NCBI GenBank assembly: GCA_026129465.1 | Contig: JAHCIA010000001.1 | Location: 2,181,964-2,245,963 of the forward strand | Source: Flavobacteriales bacterium | GTDB lineage: Bacteria > Bacteroidota > Bacteroidia > Flavobacteriales_F > PHOS-HE28 | Direction of reading: 5' to 3' | DNA length: 64,000 nucleotides | Shown here: positions 60,932 through 64,000 of the stretch, piece by piece | Layout of the letters: each line of letters opens with the position of its first letter | Numbering within the stretch: the first letter of the stretch is position 1 | The notes under the pieces: generated by a model | Told to the model about the DNA's origin: nothing | Databases searched by the model: none | What the model saw: only the letters and a program-made list of their open reading frames with translations | Position numbers and translations under genes: made by a program

Positions 60932-63250
60932 CTACCGATGGATGATCGACAACGCCTGCCTGATATAAGCCAGCAACTCGGCGCTGTCTATGGGATTACT
61001 ATCCATGTCGGAGTGGTAATGGGTCTTGGAATAGTCATTGACCTGACCCAGGCTCTCTGCCACAGCTTTTGAGGCGGCGAGGGGTGAGTCTGGCCGTGCA
61101 TCGCGAATCTTTCCAACCATGTCACCCAAGTAATCCTTGCTATTGAACTGACTTGGGTACTTCACTCGGTAGTACCCTTCCAAGGCTTGACGCATAGCCC
61201 GGACCACTGTCCTGCAACGGTCATCATCGTTCGACGGGTTCCCTGCAAACTCCTGAAGGGTCAAGTAGTCCTTGATATGTGGCTTTGTAGCTAAGGAGAG
61301 TAAGTCAACAGGTGAAAGGGTTGAATTCCCTTTGTGTCGAAGTATGAAGGAACGTACTCCATCGACATGGATTCTCTCCACCTCGCGGGCGAAATCCAGA
61401 TCGTGCGATAAAACAAGCGTCTGACCAAATGTGGACGCTACTTCCTTGATCCGTTCAATCGTTCTCTGCCGTCGTGAACTATCCTGGCCGTGGAAGGGAT
61501 CGTCGAAGACCACTACACTGTCGGCTTTGGCCGTCTCGCCGTCCAGCATGGAAAGGAAATACGCTAACGCGAGCGTGCTCTTGTCACCACTACTGAGCGT
61601 ATTGGAAAGCGACGGTTTGCTGGGATCGGCAGCTTCGGTTGCGGAAGTCTTGATCTCATGCCCATGGAGCGCAAGGACGATCTCACCTGAAGGCTGACCG
61701 CCGGTGAAATTCACCCCCGTGCGCTCTATCCGGAACTCCACTCCGAAAGCCTTCAAGTACTCATTAATCCTGGTGCCGTACTCGGAAAAGACACGGACCG
61801 ACTCCTTCTTCAAGGCTTCGTTCGCCGTCCGCTTGTTGTTATCCGCCTGCACCTTAGCCTGCTCTGCCGTAGTCAAACGAGCAATAGCATCAACCGCCGT
61901 AGTCATGTGCCGCGTTTTCGTGGCCTTGAGCTGAGACAACTCGACTTCGAGTCTGGTCAAGCTTGTTGTCGTGGTGCCGGATTGATGCTCCTTGATCGCA
62001 GCGTTCGCGCTCGCGATGGCATCCAGATACGGACTGAGCTCGACTACACTTGCTTTCCAGGCCGTGAGTGCGGCTTGCTCCGTAGCAGTAAGGGTCACGG
62101 CATGGTTCGGGTCTTGCCGCTTCCGACCGATCGCAGCCAATGCACAAGCCTCGACATCGCTCATCTGGTTGATCAAAGCTTCGGGGTTCGGCGGAGACGT
62201 GAGGTCGAACGTCAAGCCACCGGATTCCTTCCACCATGATCGATCAAGGTCGTGTTTCTCGATGCACTGCTTCAGCGTCATACGGGCCACCTCACCAAAC
62301 CCTTTGCGAATAGTGCCTTCAAGATCAGTCAACTGTTGCTGCTGGTTGCGCAATGCGTCGTTGAACACGCCCGAATAGAGCTTTACCACGTCCGACGCCG
62401 ACACTGCTTGGGCACAGTAAGGACATTCGGCGTTCTGACCATCATTATAGCCGCGCTTCAGCCAATCCATGTCCACGTTCGGATGGCGCTCAAGGTGTCG
62501 CTTCACTTGCTCCAAGGCCTCGGTCGCGGTCCCTTCAAGGGTTGTTGCGAGTGTCGTTTCCAAGGCGGCTGGCACATCAGGAAGGTTAAGAACAGCCAGG
62601 GATGCTCGTGACTTGATGGCGCTCTGGTTGAGTGCTGTTGTCTTCGCCCGCTGGTAGCTCTCTTCCTTTTGTCGGATGAGGTCATCGATACCCTCGATAG
62701 CGGGCAGCTTCCGCCACGCCTCGAGTGCCCAACCATCTGGGGCCAAATCAGACGCCGTCCGTTCGGCAATCGACTTATTGTTCGTCGCCCGGGTCTGTTC
62801 CTCGCCAGCCGCTCTCACCTGTTCTTCTAAAGCAAGTGCATGTGCACCTATAACCAGTCCAAATAGACTTCGTCGTTGACTTGTGTCGACTTGATGGCCG
62901 ACCAGAACATTGTCCAGCACGAAACGCTCGTCGTAGATCAGAATCCTTGGCCTTTCAACTTCGGGCTGCACACTCCACCCGTGGGGGCTGAATTCGGCTT
63001 TGGCATTTGACCCCCTGTTGAACAGGATCTCCACCTTGCTGGTCAATCCCACACCGAATCGCTTTCTCCCAATGACGTAGGACGGATCATTCAGGGTCAA
63101 CGAGCGAAGCACATCGCAAAGCGTGCTTTTCCCTTCGGCGTTCCTCGCGTAGATGACATTCAGCTTAGAGAACTCTCCTTGGTTTCCGGACTCGGCGCCC
63201 AGGCTTGTAAAACGCCCGACATTCTGAATGGAAATGATGCGCTTGATCAT
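60932..63250 (-). CDS. AAA_13-family Rad50/SMC-like ATPase with a coiled-coil CxxC zinc hook; RloC-like.
   Basis: Walker A (ARNAEGKST). Central CPYC in the coiled-coil region. ABC signature LSSGDKSTLALAYF. Walker B (VVVFDDPFHGQD). H-loop LVLSHD. About 170-aa C-terminal domain of unknown function. Confidence 0.65.
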   Translation of the reverse strand: MIKRIISIQNVGRFTSLGAESGNQGEFSKLNVIYARNAEGKSTLCDVLRSLTLNDPSYVIGRKRFGVGLTSKVEILFNRGSNAKAEFSPHGWSVQPEVERPRILIYDERFVLDNVLVGHQVDTSQRRSLFGLVIGAHALALEEQVRAAGEEQTRATNNKSIAERTASDLAPDGWALEAWRKLPAIEGIDDLIRQKEESYQRAKTTALNQSAIKSRASLAVLNLPDVPAALETTLATTLEGTATEALEQVKRHLERHPNVDMDWLKRGYNDGQNAECPYCAQAVSASDVVKLYSGVFNDALRNQQQQLTDLEGTIRKGFGEVARMTLKQCIEKHDLDRSWWKESGGLTFDLTSPPNPEALINQMSDVEACALAAIGRKRQDPNHAVTLTATEQAALTAWKASVVELSPYLDAIASANAAIKEHQSGTTTTSLTRLEVELSQLKATKTRHMTTAVDAIARLTTAEQAKVQADNNKRTANEALKKESVRVFSEYGTRINEYLKAFGVEFRIERTGVNFTGGQPSGEIVLALHGHEIKTSATEAADPSKPSLSNTLSSGDKSTLALAYFLSMLDGETAKADSVVVFDDPFHGQDSSRRQRTIERIKEVASTFGQTLVLSHDLDFAREVERIHVDGVRSFILRHKGNSTLSPVDLLSLATKPHIKDYLTLQEFAGNPSNDDDRCRTVVRAMRQALEGYYRVKYPSQFNSKDYLGDMVGKIRDARPDSPLAASKAVAESLGQVNDYSKTHYHSDMDSNPIDSAELLAYIRQALSIIHR

Positions 63251-63360
63251 GACGTTTCAATGGATTGTCATTCAAAGTCCAACTCGTTGGTTTCAGCTCG
63301 CGGCAGCTCCAAGCTCTGCACCGTCGCTATCGCCGCCCCAGCAATGCCCTTGATGGAGCC

Positions 63361-64000
63361 TTACATCTGCGCCGTGTTGGAGATCACCAGGTCCAAGTTC
63401 TTCTCGCGTTCGTTCCAGATGCGTTCGTAGGCGCGGCGCTCCGAGGCGATGTCGCCCTTAAGCTTCCGGAAGCTGCCCACGATGGCTTCGATGTGCATGG
63501 CGAACTCCGAGCCGGTGAGGTAGTTGTAGAGCATGGCCATCTTATCGCCCTTGTTCTCCTGCGCGGCCACGGCGGTACCCACCTGCAGGATCATTTCGCG
63601 CAGCACGTAGCACAGGCTCTTGAACTCATCGTACGTGCAGATCCAAAGGCCTTCCCGCTGTCCCATGCGGTCCATGCCATCGGGCATGGCCTCGGTAACG
63701 ATCACGCCGATGTGCGTCTTCGCGGCCTGCATGTCCTGCTTCAGCTTGGCGATCCACGGCGCTTGGAAGTGCTTGGTGCGCTTGCTCTCGTAGTAGATGG
63801 CCCCGAGTTCATGCCCTGACCGGTCGCGCACGCGGTGGATGCAGTCGCCGCCACGCACACCCTTGCTGATCTCTTCCACCTCGTCCAAGGGGAAGGCGTT
63901 GCGCAGCCACTCCTCGATCGCCAGTTCCTGCACTTCACCTTGCGACTGCATGGAGCCCTGCTCCGCGCGGCGCTTCATCTCTTCCATCTGCGCGCTGAGC
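63361..64000 (-). CDS. Coiled-coil protein with a possible nuclease-like C-terminal domain (DUF2130-like, low certainty). 5'-partial; it continues beyond the window.
   Basis: The frame is open to the window edge. Sits upstream of, and in the same orientation as, the AAA_13 ATPase. Confidence 0.35.
   Translation of the reverse strand, partial: LSAQMEEMKRRAEQGSMQSQGEVQELAIEEWLRNAFPLDEVEEISKGVRGGDCIHRVRDRSGHELGAIYYESKRTKHFQAPWIAKLKQDMQAAKTHIGVIVTEAMPDGMDRMGQREGLWICTYDEFKSLCYVLREMILQVGTAVAAQENKGDKMAMLYNYLTGSEFAMHIEAIVGSFRKLKGDIASERRAYERIWNEREKNLDLVISNTAQM

Overview
This is a 64-kb high-GC (about 65%) Bacteroidota-type chromosomal segment, judged from the T9SS C-terminal sorting domains, a PorP/SprF gene and the DUF6089-uppS-bamA-ompH-ompH-murI synteny. 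Gene density is high on both strands. No rRNA, tRNA or CRISPR array was found. Layout, in order: (1) 2-7943: a T9SS-sorted glycoside-hydrolase gene broken by two identical IS5-family insertions, followed by a tandemly duplicated module of [T9SS CTD + secreted beta-propeller-like paralog]; the second paralog is frameshifted at poly-G tracts. (2) 8068-14351: conserved envelope core (DUF6089 beta-barrel, uppS, bamA, two OmpH/Skp, murI). (3) 14335-17951: gamma-carbonic anhydrase, HMA metal-binding protein, TonB-dependent receptor, Cys-rich small protein. (4) 18060-23043: Nfu-type Fe-S protein, a REP-associated tyrosine transposase (RAYT)-like gene, a truncated TonB plug protein, ECF sigma factor and anti-sigma factor (frameshifted), lysA. 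(5) 23101-36029 minus strand: gliding/T9SS type-B cargo operon with a 3249-aa adhesin carrying about 31 tandem 92-aa repeats, then PorP/SprF and an OmpA-family protein. (6) 36300-50775: a candidate cell-surface redox cluster with a T9SS-sorted pentaheme cytochrome c, MOSC protein, outer-membrane barrel, YhhQ-type transporter, two diheme cytochromes and a T9SS-sorted ASPIC/UnbV FG-GAP protein. (7) 50885-56522: a NAD-dependent formate-dehydrogenase-like operon (NuoEF-like, then molybdopterin alpha subunit) split by a roughly 1-kb repeat-bounded insertion that carries a nonsense-interrupted GxxExxY gene. (8) 56618-64000: a defense-island-like end with a 1437-aa DUF4011/SF1 helicase/DUF3320 protein, a convergent AAA_13 Rad50-like zinc-hook ATPase (RloC-like) and a partial upstream gene (possibly DUF2130-like, low confidence). 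Many long ORFs opposite these genes are high-GC antisense artefacts. Several apparent frameshifts and one nonsense codon could be real pseudogenisation or assembly error; I cannot tell which from sequence alone.
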